A stretch of 64,000 nt of DNA from Cyanobacteria bacterium J06626_4 (lineage in GTDB: Bacteria; Cyanobacteriota; Cyanobacteriia; Phormidesmidales; Phormidesmidaceae): contig JBCBJQ010000004.1 of the NCBI GenBank assembly GCA_038523235.1, forward strand, positions 32,001-96,000, given 5' to 3'. Below the pieces are notes generated by a model. The model searched no databases. It worked only from the letters and a program-made list of their open reading frames with translations, and was not told the origin of the DNA. Numbering within the stretch: the first letter of the stretch is position 1; each line of letters starts with the position of its first letter. Position numbers and translations under genes: made by a program. Below are positions 51,018 through 61,013 of the stretch, in pieces.

Positions 51018-52652
51018 ATGGCACAAGCGAACATTACTAGCGAACTGATCGGGAATTCTTTTCCCCATCCTGATAAATGGAAGTGGTATCACTACTTCAC
51101 GTTCAATGTTGACCACAAGGTCATCGGCATTCAATATTTGGTGTCGGCCTTTTTCTTTTATTTGGTCGGTGGAGCCATGGCTTTGGTCATGCGAGCTGAG
51201 CTAGCCACTCCCAGTTCTGATCTGGTCGATCCCAATTTTTACAACGCGTTGCTGACCAACCACGGCACCATCATGATCTTCTTGTGGATTGTGCCGGGGG
51301 CGATCGGCGGCTTTGGCAATTATCTTGTGCCTTTGATGATTGGTGCGCGAGATATGGCTTTTCCAAAGCTGAATGCCCTCGCGTTTTGGATTACGGTGCC
51401 AGCGGGGCTGTTGATTGTGGGCAGCTTCTTTTTTGGCGGTGCGCAATCTGGCTGGACGTCATATCCACCACTGAGTTTAATCACGGCAAATACCGCTCAA
51501 TCGATGTGGATTTTGGCGATCGTGTGTGCCGGTACCTCCTCAATTTTGGGCGCGTTGAATTTCATCATCACGATCTGGAAGATGCGCGTGCCGAGCATGG
51601 GCTGGAACGATATGCCCCTGTTTTGCTGGGCGATTCTCGCCACGTCGCTTTTAGCTTTGTTCTCAACTCCTGTACTAGCGGCTGGGTTGGTGCTGCTATT
51701 GTTTGACATCAACTTTGGCACGTCGTTCTTTCGACCGGAGAATGGGGGCGATGTGGTGATGTACCAGCATTTGTTCTGGTTCTATTCACACCCGGCGGTA
51801 TATCTGATGATTTTGCCCATCTTCGGTATTATGTCGGAGGTGATTCCGGTGCATGCGCGCAAGCCGATTTTTGGCTATAAGGCGATCGCCTACTCGTCAC
51901 TCACCATTTGCATCATCGGTTTGTTTGTCTGGGTGCACCACATGTTTACCAGCGGCACCCCGCCGTGGATGCGCATGTTCTTTACGGTCTCAACCCTAAT
52001 TGTGGCAGTGCCGACGGGGGTCAAAATCTTCAGCTGGGTCGCCACGTTGTGGGGCGGTAAGATTCGCTATACCAGCGCTATGTTATTTGCGATCGGGCTG
52101 CTGGCGATGTTTGTCTTCGGCGGCCTGAGCGGTGTGACGCTGGGCACCGCTCCTGTAGACATCCACGTGCACGATACCTACTATGTCGTGGCCCACTTTC
52201 ACTACGTGCTGTTTGGCGGCTCCGTGTTCGGCATCTATGCGGGGCTCTATCACTGGTTCCCCAAAATTACCGGACGCATGCTTAACGAACCGCTAGGCAA
52301 AGTGCATTTTATCTTGACGTTCATCGGCACTAACCTGACCTTTCTGCCAATGCATGAGCTGGGTCTTAAAGGCATGCCGCGACGGGTGGCCATGTATGAT
52401 CCGCAATTTCAGTACATCAACATCATTTGCACGATTGGAGCCTTCGTTTTAGGTATTTCAATCTTGCCGTTTTTGATCAATGCCATCTGGAGCTGGAGCA
52501 ATGGCCCCAAGGCTTCTGGTAACCCCTGGAATGCCAAAACCCTGGAGTGGACGACGGACTCGCCGCCCATCATCGAAAATTGGGACGTGCTACCCGTGAT
52601 GACCGAAGGGCCATATGCCTACGGTGAAGAGCCCGGTGAGGTCTCCTCATAG
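51018..52652 (+). CDS. ctaD: Cytochrome c oxidase subunit I
   Basis: DHKVIG, HGTIM, WFYSHPAVY, VWVHHMF, VAHFHYV. Confidence 0.98.
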   Translation: MAQANITSELIGNSFPHPDKWKWYHYFTFNVDHKVIGIQYLVSAFFFYLVGGAMALVMRAELATPSSDLVDPNFYNALLTNHGTIMIFLWIVPGAIGGFGNYLVPLMIGARDMAFPKLNALAFWITVPAGLLIVGSFFFGGAQSGWTSYPPLSLITANTAQSMWILAIVCAGTSSILGALNFIITIWKMRVPSMGWNDMPLFCWAILATSLLALFSTPVLAAGLVLLLFDINFGTSFFRPENGGDVVMYQHLFWFYSHPAVYLMILPIFGIMSEVIPVHARKPIFGYKAIAYSSLTICIIGLFVWVHHMFTSGTPPWMRMFFTVSTLIVAVPTGVKIFSWVATLWGGKIRYTSAMLFAIGLLAMFVFGGLSGVTLGTAPVDIHVHDTYYVVAHFHYVLFGGSVFGIYAGLYHWFPKITGRMLNEPLGKVHFILTFIGTNLTFLPMHELGLKGMPRRVAMYDPQFQYINIICTIGAFVLGISILPFLINAIWSWSNGPKASGNPWNAKTLEWTTDSPPIIENWDVLPVMTEGPYAYGEEPGEVSS

Positions 52653-52739
52653 CCGCTATTTCATCGACAGTGACAGTCTTGCTGACCCGTCTGTCACTGT
52701 CTACCCTGATTTCAAAATTCACCTATCCTTGGGAACCTT

Positions 52740-53351
52740 ATGCAAGGCGCAATCGAACCCACTTCTGATACTGCAGCGGTCGCTGAGGCCCACCATGAAG
52801 AACATCATGATTTCCGAGTGATTGGCCTGATCACGTTTTTGTGCTCAGAATTTTTGATGTTTGCGGGCTTCTTTGTCATCTTTTTGGTCTACCGGTCTGC
52901 TGCCGCTGAGTGGCCCCCCGAAGAAACCGAAATCGAGCTGTTGCTGCCAGCAATTAACACGATCATTCTGGTGGCTAGCAGTTTTGTGATTCACTACGGC
53001 GATACGGCAGTCAAACAAAACAATGTCAAAGGCCTGCGCAAGTGGTATGTCATTACCGCCGCGATGGGGGCCATCTTTCTGGCGGGCCAGATTTATGAGT
53101 ACATGAACCTCGGCTATGGTCTGACGACAAACCTATTTAGCAACTGCTTTTATTTGCTGACTGGCTTTCATGGCCTGCATGTGTTTATTGGGCTGTTGCT
53201 GATTTTGGGCGTGCTGTGGCGATCGCGCCGTGAGGGTCACTACGGTGCAGAAAAGCACACAGGCGTTGAAATGGCTGAAATCTATTGGCACTTCGTCGAT
53301 GTCGTCTGGATCGTATTGTTCTCGATCATCTATTTGCTGACGCTAATTTAG
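52740..53351 (+). CDS. ctaE: Cytochrome c oxidase subunit III
   Basis: FLCSEFLMF, TGFHGLHV, YWHFVDVVW. Confidence 0.96.
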   Translation: MQGAIEPTSDTAAVAEAHHEEHHDFRVIGLITFLCSEFLMFAGFFVIFLVYRSAAAEWPPEETEIELLLPAINTIILVASSFVIHYGDTAVKQNNVKGLRKWYVITAAMGAIFLAGQIYEYMNLGYGLTTNLFSNCFYLLTGFHGLHVFIGLLLILGVLWRSRREGHYGAEKHTGVEMAEIYWHFVDVVWIVLFSIIYLLTLI

Positions 53352-53405
53352 TTTCAGTCCCATTCGATTTCTTGGGTCAAGGCAAGGCCGATTAATCATC
53401 TGTGT

Positions 53406-53442
53406 GGCTTCGGCGAAATAACATTTTGCCGAAGCCTTTTTT
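53406..53442 (+). terminator. Rho-independent terminator of ctaCDE
   Basis: GGCTTCGGCGAAAT...ATTTTGCCGAAGCC followed by TTTTTT. Confidence 0.85.
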
Positions 53443-53615
53443 ATTTTTCGGGCTGCAGAATCTGTAGCAGAGGCTAGAAAGGTGAAGGTTTCAAGGTGCA
53501 GGGAAGGGCCCTGCCGCCAGTATCCGGCGATTAAAAGGGTCTAAATCTGACTGCGGCTCGCTATATAAGGTAGGGAAGCGGATACTGTTAAGAAGCTGGA
53601 TGTTTCTGAATTCTG

Positions 53616-53870
53616 CTATCTCTGCATTGTTTGAAGATTGTCAAGAATAGGGATGATCAGGTTAAAACCGGAACGTTGCCTTCTCACTCGTTCGGTATTG
53701 ATTAGGGTCGTGTACTTACCGCCGCCGATCGCCACCTGAGCGGTATGGTTGTAAAGCTCCGCATTGGCTCCCCCAACATAAAGACCAGGCAAGGCCCAAG
53801 CGCTCGGCACCTAGCCAAAGACTAGGGCAATCGCGAACAAAACCAGTAAACAACTTTGCCAGCGTCTCAT
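53616..53870 (-). pseudogene. Probable truncated DUF2330-family gene relic
   Basis: MRRWQSCLLVLFAIALVFG*VPSAWALPGLYVGGANAELYNHTAQVAI: signal peptide with an in-frame TAG (53811-53813); the mature start resembles DUF2330 AWAFCGFYV...LYNxASQVxI. Confidence 0.5.
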
Positions 53871-53921
53871 CAGTATGCCTTAGCCGTAAGGATCATCAGA
53901 ATGCTGATCAACCAGCGGTGT

Positions 53922-56144
53922 CTAAAACTCAACTGGCGTAACCACTGGAATCCGCTCCACCTTTTCAGAGGCCGGATCATACTGACCATTCTCTTCTACA
54001 TCTAAGATGTCTTCTCGCTGTTGAGCGGTTGTCAGCGCGACGTCGGCACCATTGATAACAGCCCCCAAGACCCGAACATCTTCTTTCTCTTCGAGTTCTT
54101 CTAGCATGGCCTTTAACACTGGCTTTTTCGTATAGTTGGGGCGACTCACAATCACCATGCCATCAGTTTTGGGCTCCAGCAAAATGGCATCATTGCTACC
54201 GACAAAGTGAGGTGCATCGAACACTACAAAGTCGAATCTCGCTTTCGCATCCTGAAGAAACCGGGACATTTCGCTGGAATCAAGGATTGCCGCCGGATTG
54301 CTCTGAGGCCCAGGACTGGGTGTGATGTAGAGGTTGGCCACATAGGGCACCATCTTGAGCGGCTCCGAAAGCCGCCCACCGTAATAGCGCAGCGGTTCAA
54401 GCGTCGATTCATGGTCAGGCTGCACTCCCAGTCGAGCGGCCTGAGAGCCCCTTCTGAAGTCCATTTCGACAATCAATGTGCGACGTCCAGCCCGCGCAGA
54501 GGCGATACCCAAGTTGTAAGCTGTGGTGGTTTTGCCTTCTTGGACAGAACTACTGGTGACCAGAACAGTTTTGGGGACCTGCCCTTCATTGATCGTCAGA
54601 CCAGAAATTTGAATGTTGCTGCGCAAGCGTTCATAAATATCCGCACAGGGATGGTTCGCATCCGTCATAAGCACTGGATAGCTACGCCGCGGGTTGGTGG
54701 CAGGCACAATTCCTAGTAAAGGAATATCTTGATCGTCGAACAGATTTTCGAGATCCTCGAAAATCCGAATCGTTGGATCAAGCATATCGAGTAGATACAC
54801 AATGCCACCACCCAGTCCTAAGCCCACCAGTGAACCAATGAGTAAAATCACAATGGGGTTCGTTGGGGTTTCAACCGGCAAGGGTGAGGTAGACGGCGGA
54901 CTGGCTACAGATAAGCTGCTGACCGTTTCGGCTTCAGCGGCTTCAGCGTCAATTCGCTTGGCTTGTACCTGGTCATATAAGGCTCGTTTTAACGCCACCT
55001 GCTGAGCTAAGCGATCGCGCTCTAGCTGTTTGTTCGGTAAGCGAGCATAGGCCTCTCGCAGCTGCACTTCTGACTGTTGCAGCACTTGCTGCTGCGTAAT
55101 CAAAGCATCACGTTGGGTATCCAGCCCCACCAGTTGGTCAGCTAATGCTGCCCTAGCCGGATCTAAATTGCTGTTTTGACGGACGGCATTAGCGCTGGGC
55201 AGGGCCGCCAACCGGCCGCCGCCGCCGATGAGTTCAGCGGCTCGTTCGCTCAGCTGTTGGTTAAAGACACTTAAATTATTCTGCAGCTCAATCATGGTGG
55301 GATGAGCCGGGCGCAAATCTTTGGACAAGATTTGCAATTGCGATTCGACATCATAAATTTGGGCTCGCAGTTGAGCCAGAATGGGGTCGGCGCTTAAGGC
55401 TGATGACGCGTAAGCGGCCTCAGGAGAGAGTCCCAATCGTGCCTGCAGGTTTTGCATTTGAGCATCAATGCCTGCCAGCGTAATCAGATTTTGCCGCCGT
55501 TGATTTTGGCTGCTTGAGATGGCGGTTAGCAAACTGCCATCCAGTGCGGCTTGAATGGCTGGCCCTTCCAAGCGATCGTAGGCTTCCAGCGCCTGTTCTG
55601 CTTCTCTGAGTTCAGTCTCAATATCAGGCAATCGCTCATTTAAGGCCGATACGATTGTACCTAAACGAGCCCGGTTAGTTACCCGACTCAGCTCTACCAT
55701 GCCCTGAAACAAAACCGATAAGACCGCTTCAGCTTCTTCCGGGTCGCCAGCAGTGTATCCCACGTTTACGCTCTGTAGGGCACCGCCTTCTTCCCCGGCC
55801 GTTTTAATATTGATATTAGTATTTTCCCGGATTTGGTTCGGCGCTATTTCGAGCCCTCCGGCAGCTAACTGGGTCGCTACTTGCTCCAGCAAAATATCGG
55901 CTAATAAAAAATCTCTAGTGATAATTCCTTGACCTTGCTGCTGCAGCTCGACCCCAGTGGTGGTAAACGAAACCACTGGGGTATTTTGCACCAAGACCCC
56001 TTCTGACTTGAATTTCTCTTCGATCGTCGGCTCCTGCAAGGCAAAGAGACTTGAGACCCCTACAGTGCCTAGAAAAGCGGCTAGCCCTACCCATTTGTAT
56101 CTTTTGAGAGCTAGACCATACCGTTTGAGGAGAGGCATTACCAT
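53922..56144 (-). CDS. wzc: Wzc/GumC-like polysaccharide co-polymerase with BY-kinase-like domain
   Basis: Two TM helices flanking a coiled-coil periplasmic region; Walker A SSSVQEGKTT; FDFVVFDAP; VLGAVIN. Confidence 0.88.
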   Translation of the reverse strand: MVMPLLKRYGLALKRYKWVGLAAFLGTVGVSSLFALQEPTIEEKFKSEGVLVQNTPVVSFTTTGVELQQQGQGIITRDFLLADILLEQVATQLAAGGLEIAPNQIRENTNINIKTAGEEGGALQSVNVGYTAGDPEEAEAVLSVLFQGMVELSRVTNRARLGTIVSALNERLPDIETELREAEQALEAYDRLEGPAIQAALDGSLLTAISSSQNQRRQNLITLAGIDAQMQNLQARLGLSPEAAYASSALSADPILAQLRAQIYDVESQLQILSKDLRPAHPTMIELQNNLSVFNQQLSERAAELIGGGGRLAALPSANAVRQNSNLDPARAALADQLVGLDTQRDALITQQQVLQQSEVQLREAYARLPNKQLERDRLAQQVALKRALYDQVQAKRIDAEAAEAETVSSLSVASPPSTSPLPVETPTNPIVILLIGSLVGLGLGGGIVYLLDMLDPTIRIFEDLENLFDDQDIPLLGIVPATNPRRSYPVLMTDANHPCADIYERLRSNIQISGLTINEGQVPKTVLVTSSSVQEGKTTTAYNLGIASARAGRRTLIVEMDFRRGSQAARLGVQPDHESTLEPLRYYGGRLSEPLKMVPYVANLYITPSPGPQSNPAAILDSSEMSRFLQDAKARFDFVVFDAPHFVGSNDAILLEPKTDGMVIVSRPNYTKKPVLKAMLEELEEKEDVRVLGAVINGADVALTTAQQREDILDVEENGQYDPASEKVERIPVVTPVEF

Positions 56145-56212
56145 GACTACGACCGCAAGATAGAAGGGGCAACAATTTTAGACGAACGTCAGAACTCGAC
56201 TAAGGCTCATCG

Positions 56213-57664
56213 TTAGGGGCCAAATAAGCTCTCGCTGGAATTGGCTAACTCGTCAAAGAAGAGTAGAAACCCTAGAACATCCCTGAATGGCTGAGTAAAG
56301 GTGTTTAAAGCATAGGTCAATTTAGCGAGCACTGTGCGGTTAACGATGATTACATCATTCTCCTGCAGCGGTGGGTTTTCCGAGGGAATACCGCGAAACG
56401 CTTCGTTGCCATCCAGCGTAGTTGTGACCGCACGACCCGCCTCTTCATCAAATCGAATCAACGCCACCTCACCCAGGTTGGAAGTGTCGGGATTCAAACT
56501 GGCTCGAACCAGCGCATCGGCAAACCGACTGCCGTTAGGCAGGTCGATCGCGGTGAGTGAGCCAGAAGTTGCCCCGCCTAGATTGCCGCTGCCGTAGTTC
56601 AAAAAACGAACGGTAATGATTGGTGTCGCCAGGGTGGAGCGCGATACCAACTCTCGATCATAGTCGTCTAAAGCTGCTGGGTCGAGCCGTTCTACCAAGA
56701 TTACATCACCATCTTGTAACGCCACGTTCGGCAGTTCTTGCCCTTCCTTTAGAGGAGTGAAAAGGTCAATGGTTTGTTCCAAAAGCTGCCCGTTGGGTAA
56801 GCGCCGTTGCACCAAAACTGAGCGCAAGTCGGCGGTTCCAGTTGTGCCACCGGCAGTCAACAGTGCCGCCGAAATTTGTGGCGCCCCTAATGGGTAATAA
56901 CCTGGCCGCACAACTTCGCCTAAAATCGTCACCTCGACGCCTCGCTGCGCTACCAGCGTCACACTCACGTCGGGATCGACGACGTACTGGTTATAGATTT
57001 GGCTAATTAGACTTTCGGTTTCTTGTATGGTCAGTCCGTTAAACGTAGTCACGCCTTGCAGCGGCACGATCACATTGCCTTGGATATCCAGCGTGGCCTG
57101 AAAGCTCAAGTCAGGAAATTGACGGACATTGACGAAAAATGAGTCGCCTGGTCCCAGTCGGTAGGTATCAAAATCAGGCGGTTGTTGTGTGCCCAGGAGG
57201 CTGTCTAAAAATGGGTTGGCGGTGGGTGACTGCGGTGGTACTGTCGGTACCTGGGTGGGATTGGCACGCGGTAAAGGCGCTGTGTAGTCAGGATCAGGTG
57301 TCAGCTCAGCAGTGGGCGTTAGGTGAGGCTCAACGTCAGCGGGCGCTGATTGCTCTATGACCGGAGCAGGCGGTTCATCGGCGAGCTGTAGCGGTACCGA
57401 TTCCGCAAGGTCAGATGATTCTGTTGGAGATAATAAATTTTGCTCCGAAGCTGAGTAGTGGTCTAGGGGCGAATCGGCTTCAGCAATCTGCTCCGGCACC
57501 GTCGAGAGCAAAGCATCCTCTACAGGTGCATCAGTCATCGCCCCGATCGCGGCGGTGGCTCCCAGGCAAACCAAGGCAGCAGCAGTGGCCCCTGAACTGG
57601 TGTAGTGACCCAGCCTCAGCCATTGAACATGAAACTTCGAGTCCTTCGCAGGCATATCAATCAT
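56213..57664 (-). CDS. wza: Polysaccharide export protein (Wza/Poly_export + SLBB)
   Basis: YRLGPGD, GEVVRPGYY, AGGTTGTADLRSV, LQDGDVI; Pro-rich N-terminal linker. Confidence 0.88.
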   Translation of the reverse strand: MIDMPAKDSKFHVQWLRLGHYTSSGATAAALVCLGATAAIGAMTDAPVEDALLSTVPEQIAEADSPLDHYSASEQNLLSPTESSDLAESVPLQLADEPPAPVIEQSAPADVEPHLTPTAELTPDPDYTAPLPRANPTQVPTVPPQSPTANPFLDSLLGTQQPPDFDTYRLGPGDSFFVNVRQFPDLSFQATLDIQGNVIVPLQGVTTFNGLTIQETESLISQIYNQYVVDPDVSVTLVAQRGVEVTILGEVVRPGYYPLGAPQISAALLTAGGTTGTADLRSVLVQRRLPNGQLLEQTIDLFTPLKEGQELPNVALQDGDVILVERLDPAALDDYDRELVSRSTLATPIITVRFLNYGSGNLGGATSGSLTAIDLPNGSRFADALVRASLNPDTSNLGEVALIRFDEEAGRAVTTTLDGNEAFRGIPSENPPLQENDVIIVNRTVLAKLTYALNTFTQPFRDVLGFLLFFDELANSSESLFGP

Positions 57665-57803
57665 GATTGACGGATCAAAATCACTGTGAAGTCAAACAAC
57701 AAACGCCATCGCCCCATTTAAGCACAGTGACTTCTTATCTCTATTTTCAGCGTCACCGCAAATGGTCGGGATGCTCTGTGTGCAATCTAGCCGATCGTCC
57801 TAT

Positions 57804-58526
57804 TTATTCGGTGATCAAAGCAGACTCAAGTAAGCTCTGCTGGACTGTTTCGGCGATGGCCGTCATCTGCTCGGTGTGGACGCGGATATCACCCACTGGC
57901 TCAATCGGGAGCAAAATGCTGACTGCGACCCAGGGCATCCGCTCTCGCTGCTGCCACTGCTGCCTTTGATCAGCCCAAAACCACTTGCCCGGAGCATAAT
58001 GTCCGCCAGTGGGCCAGGCATACCACTGCATAACAGCAAAGGTATTTCTACCATCAAGCGCTCGAAAGTATTGAGTTGTGATCTTGACCGGCTGCCCCTC
58101 AGCGGGCACTGAAAATCGCACCACCTGCCGGTCGTTGATTTGCCAGCTCTGAGAGCCTTGCATATCGACCCATTCCACTTCAGGCTGTTGATCCGCAGAC
58201 ATTTGCGGCCGCATTAACAAGCCAAATGTCGAACCAGGTCCCTCTGTCCCACCACTGGCCAGCTGATACTCAGCCAGACTCCAAGGACGGCGACCAATGC
58301 GCACTTCTTGGTGTGAAGACGACTCCCAACCCGGTAGCGTTAGCGGCGCTTTGAGGAGGGATTTGATCTCAGTGGTGTCAGCAACTGGCAGTGGCGTGCT
58401 CCACGGCCACTGCCCGCCGATGTAACCGGGTAAGGTGACCATCGCGACTAGCGCTGCGAGCATGATCACGAGAACCCACTGAACCACGGACTTAGGCGTA
58501 GAAATTCGCTTCACAGCTTCTGACAT
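57804..58526 (-). CDS. Cyanoexosortase B system-associated protein
   Basis: Directly downstream of the exosortase; N-terminal anchor, LPGYIGGQWPW, AVMQWYAWPTGG. Confidence 0.8.
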   Translation of the reverse strand: MSEAVKRISTPKSVVQWVLVIMLAALVAMVTLPGYIGGQWPWSTPLPVADTTEIKSLLKAPLTLPGWESSSHQEVRIGRRPWSLAEYQLASGGTEGPGSTFGLLMRPQMSADQQPEVEWVDMQGSQSWQINDRQVVRFSVPAEGQPVKITTQYFRALDGRNTFAVMQWYAWPTGGHYAPGKWFWADQRQQWQQRERMPWVAVSILLPIEPVGDIRVHTEQMTAIAETVQQSLLESALITE

Positions 58527-58556
58527 GAGGGCGGTTTCCTGAACGATAGGTAACGT

Positions 58557-59459
58557 CTAAACAATTGACTGGTTATTGGTCGTAAAAGAGAACTGCTCCG
58601 GTACGTACTGTTGGATCAGGCGCAACACGAAAATAAGGGAGACGAGCAATATGGCTGAATATAGATCGCCGCCCCAGCTATCATGCAGCCAGACAAAGGC
58701 AGCTTCATTGTCGGTACCGTGAAAGTAGCTCAACAGGGTGTTGCGAATGATATTGCCCACAACGCTGACGCCCACCGTCGCGGCCAAAAAGATGCTGGTT
58801 CTGAGACGGGAAGGCCAAACTCGATTCCAGTAAATCAGCATTAGGGCTACGTAGAGACTGGTAAATAGCATCTTGAGGCCAGCGCAGTGGGGCGCGACTT
58901 CGACCATACGATCGTTCACTAGCAGATAGATTTGATCGACCGTCACATCAACCCCCCCTTGCATTAATAAAAAACCGGCTACGGTAGCGATAAAGCGCTG
59001 TAGTGGCAGGATGTAGGGCTCGATCAAATAAGGGAGCTGACTGGGTGTTGCAAGCACGACTAAGGCTAGCGGAAAGCCCATCAGTTTTAAGCCCGGCAAA
59101 CCTTTGAGGCTGAGACAGAGACCGGCCAGCATCAGCGGCAACGAAATATTCATCCAATCGGATAGCTGACTCAGATAAAGAGCGCTACCCAAGGCCAGCA
59201 GTCCGAAGCCAGCTGGGTGAAATTGCTCAGGGAGTCGTTGCCATTGCGGACGTTGGCTCCAGGCGATGTAAGCTGCGAACGGCAGACCGATCATGCCATG
59301 ACTGAAATACTCGTGCTGAATGCTAATCGATTTGTTGAGCCAGCCCTCAACCCAATGCCACAGCAACGGGCCATACATCAAGACCAATAAGCCGATCAGA
59401 GCTATCGATGGGGGTGACAGCGATAAACGGTTTTTAGAGGATGGAATACTGATAGACAT
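58557..59459 (-). CDS. Cyanoexosortase B
   Basis: Multi-TM; HEYFSHG; catalytic triad Cys (VAPHCAGL), Arg (NIIRN), His (WLHD); lies in an EPS operon. Confidence 0.9.
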   Translation of the reverse strand: MSISIPSSKNRLSLSPPSIALIGLLVLMYGPLLWHWVEGWLNKSISIQHEYFSHGMIGLPFAAYIAWSQRPQWQRLPEQFHPAGFGLLALGSALYLSQLSDWMNISLPLMLAGLCLSLKGLPGLKLMGFPLALVVLATPSQLPYLIEPYILPLQRFIATVAGFLLMQGGVDVTVDQIYLLVNDRMVEVAPHCAGLKMLFTSLYVALMLIYWNRVWPSRLRTSIFLAATVGVSVVGNIIRNTLLSYFHGTDNEAAFVWLHDSWGGDLYSAILLVSLIFVLRLIQQYVPEQFSFTTNNQSIV

Positions 59460-59463
59460 AAAT

Positions 59464-60651
59464 TTATTGAGGTTGCAGAGCAGTGGCAGTTTCTTCGCAG
59501 ATGGGCTCTTGACGAACAGCCTGGGAGATCGAGCTGATCACCCAGTCGGCTTGTTCAGTCGTCATGCCGGGATACATGGGTAGAGACAAAATCTCCTGGC
59601 AGAGGGCTTCTGACTGCGGGAAAGACCCCGGCTGGTAGTTCAAAAACTGGAAGGCGGGCTGCAAGTGACAGGGTACTGGGTAGTGAATGCCACTCTGAAT
59701 CTGATGCTCCTGTAGGACTAGCTGTAGGGCTGTCCGGTCGATGGGACAGTCTTCGGTGATGCGAATGACGTAGAGATGGTAGACATGACCCGCGCCGCTA
59801 TCATTGCGCATCGGAATAATGCCAAACTCTCGCAAGGCCAGCAACTGCTGGTCGTAATGCTGCGCAATCTGATTGCGAGCTTGGTTCCACCCTAGTAGCC
59901 GCGGGAGCTTAAGATTCAACACTGACGCCTGCAGCGTATCGAGGCGGCTGTTAGTGCCCCCTGGCTCGGTATGAAAATATTTGCGGACGGCTCCATAGTT
60001 ACGCAGCGATCGCGTCGTTTGGGCCACCAGTTCCTCCTGGGTGAGGAGGATGCCGCCATCGCCAATAGCGCCTAAATTTTTGCTGGGATAAAAACTAAAG
60101 GCGGCAGCAGTGCCGACAGCCCCGGCTCGGATGCCTTCACGCTCGGCTAGATGAGCTTGGGCCGCATCCTCAAAAATCAATAAATCATGTGCTGTGGCCA
60201 GCTGCCGAAGGCCACTCGGCGACACCATCTGACCATATAAATGAACTGGGACAATGGCGCGAGTCTTGGCGGTGATTGCCGCTGCTGCGGCATCCAGATC
60301 AATCAGCGCCGTATGGCGATTGCAATCCACAAATATGGGTGTGGCCCCGCTGCGCAAAATACCGATGAGCGTGGCCACAAAGGTATTCGCCGGTAATAAA
60401 ACCTCATCCCCTGGGCCGATGCCACAGGCGGCTAGGCCTAAGGCGATCGCATCAGTGCCACACCCGACCCCAACTCCGTAGGCTGCTCCGGTGGCTTCCG
60501 CAAATGCCGTTTCAAACGCTTTGACGGCACCCCCTAAAACGAAGTCGCCTCGTTCTAAAACTGCTGTGAGGGCGGCATGAATATCGTCTTGAATTGGTTC
60601 ATGCTGCCAGGTGAGATCAACAAAGGGAACCTTAGGGACAGATTGCGTCAT
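59464..60651 (-). CDS. DegT/DnrJ/EryC1/StrS family sugar aminotransferase
   Basis: VPFVDL, PVHLYGQ, EDAAQAH, SFYPSKNLGAIGDGG, NSRLD, LSLPMYP. Confidence 0.95.
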   Translation of the reverse strand: MTQSVPKVPFVDLTWQHEPIQDDIHAALTAVLERGDFVLGGAVKAFETAFAEATGAAYGVGVGCGTDAIALGLAACGIGPGDEVLLPANTFVATLIGILRSGATPIFVDCNRHTALIDLDAAAAAITAKTRAIVPVHLYGQMVSPSGLRQLATAHDLLIFEDAAQAHLAEREGIRAGAVGTAAAFSFYPSKNLGAIGDGGILLTQEELVAQTTRSLRNYGAVRKYFHTEPGGTNSRLDTLQASVLNLKLPRLLGWNQARNQIAQHYDQQLLALREFGIIPMRNDSGAGHVYHLYVIRITEDCPIDRTALQLVLQEHQIQSGIHYPVPCHLQPAFQFLNYQPGSFPQSEALCQEILSLPMYPGMTTEQADWVISSISQAVRQEPICEETATALQPQ

Positions 60652-61013
60652 AGGAGTGTCGGTGTTAAAGGACAAAATTTATGGCAGGTTCTCTTGTTGA
60701 GTGGAAGATTTCGGAGCTCAGGTCGGGCTCCTGTCAATCAAACACAGCGATTGTTGGCTTAAACGGGCTTCACGCCTTCTGAATCAGAAATGTGAGGCTC
60801 ATCTTTGATTGATACTAGGCAGCATCTCAAGAGACGTGTGCCCTGCGATAATGGTTTCGCAGTTTCATTACAGAGTTTGGGGTTTACTTGATACAGTCTC
60901 TATAAATACGAGTAAATCCCTACCGATTTAACCGATTTATTTGGCTTTAGGGTGCCCGGAGCTACCCCAATCGCAACAGCATTGCTCGTGTCTTCTCTGT
61001 AGGTCTCGCTGCT

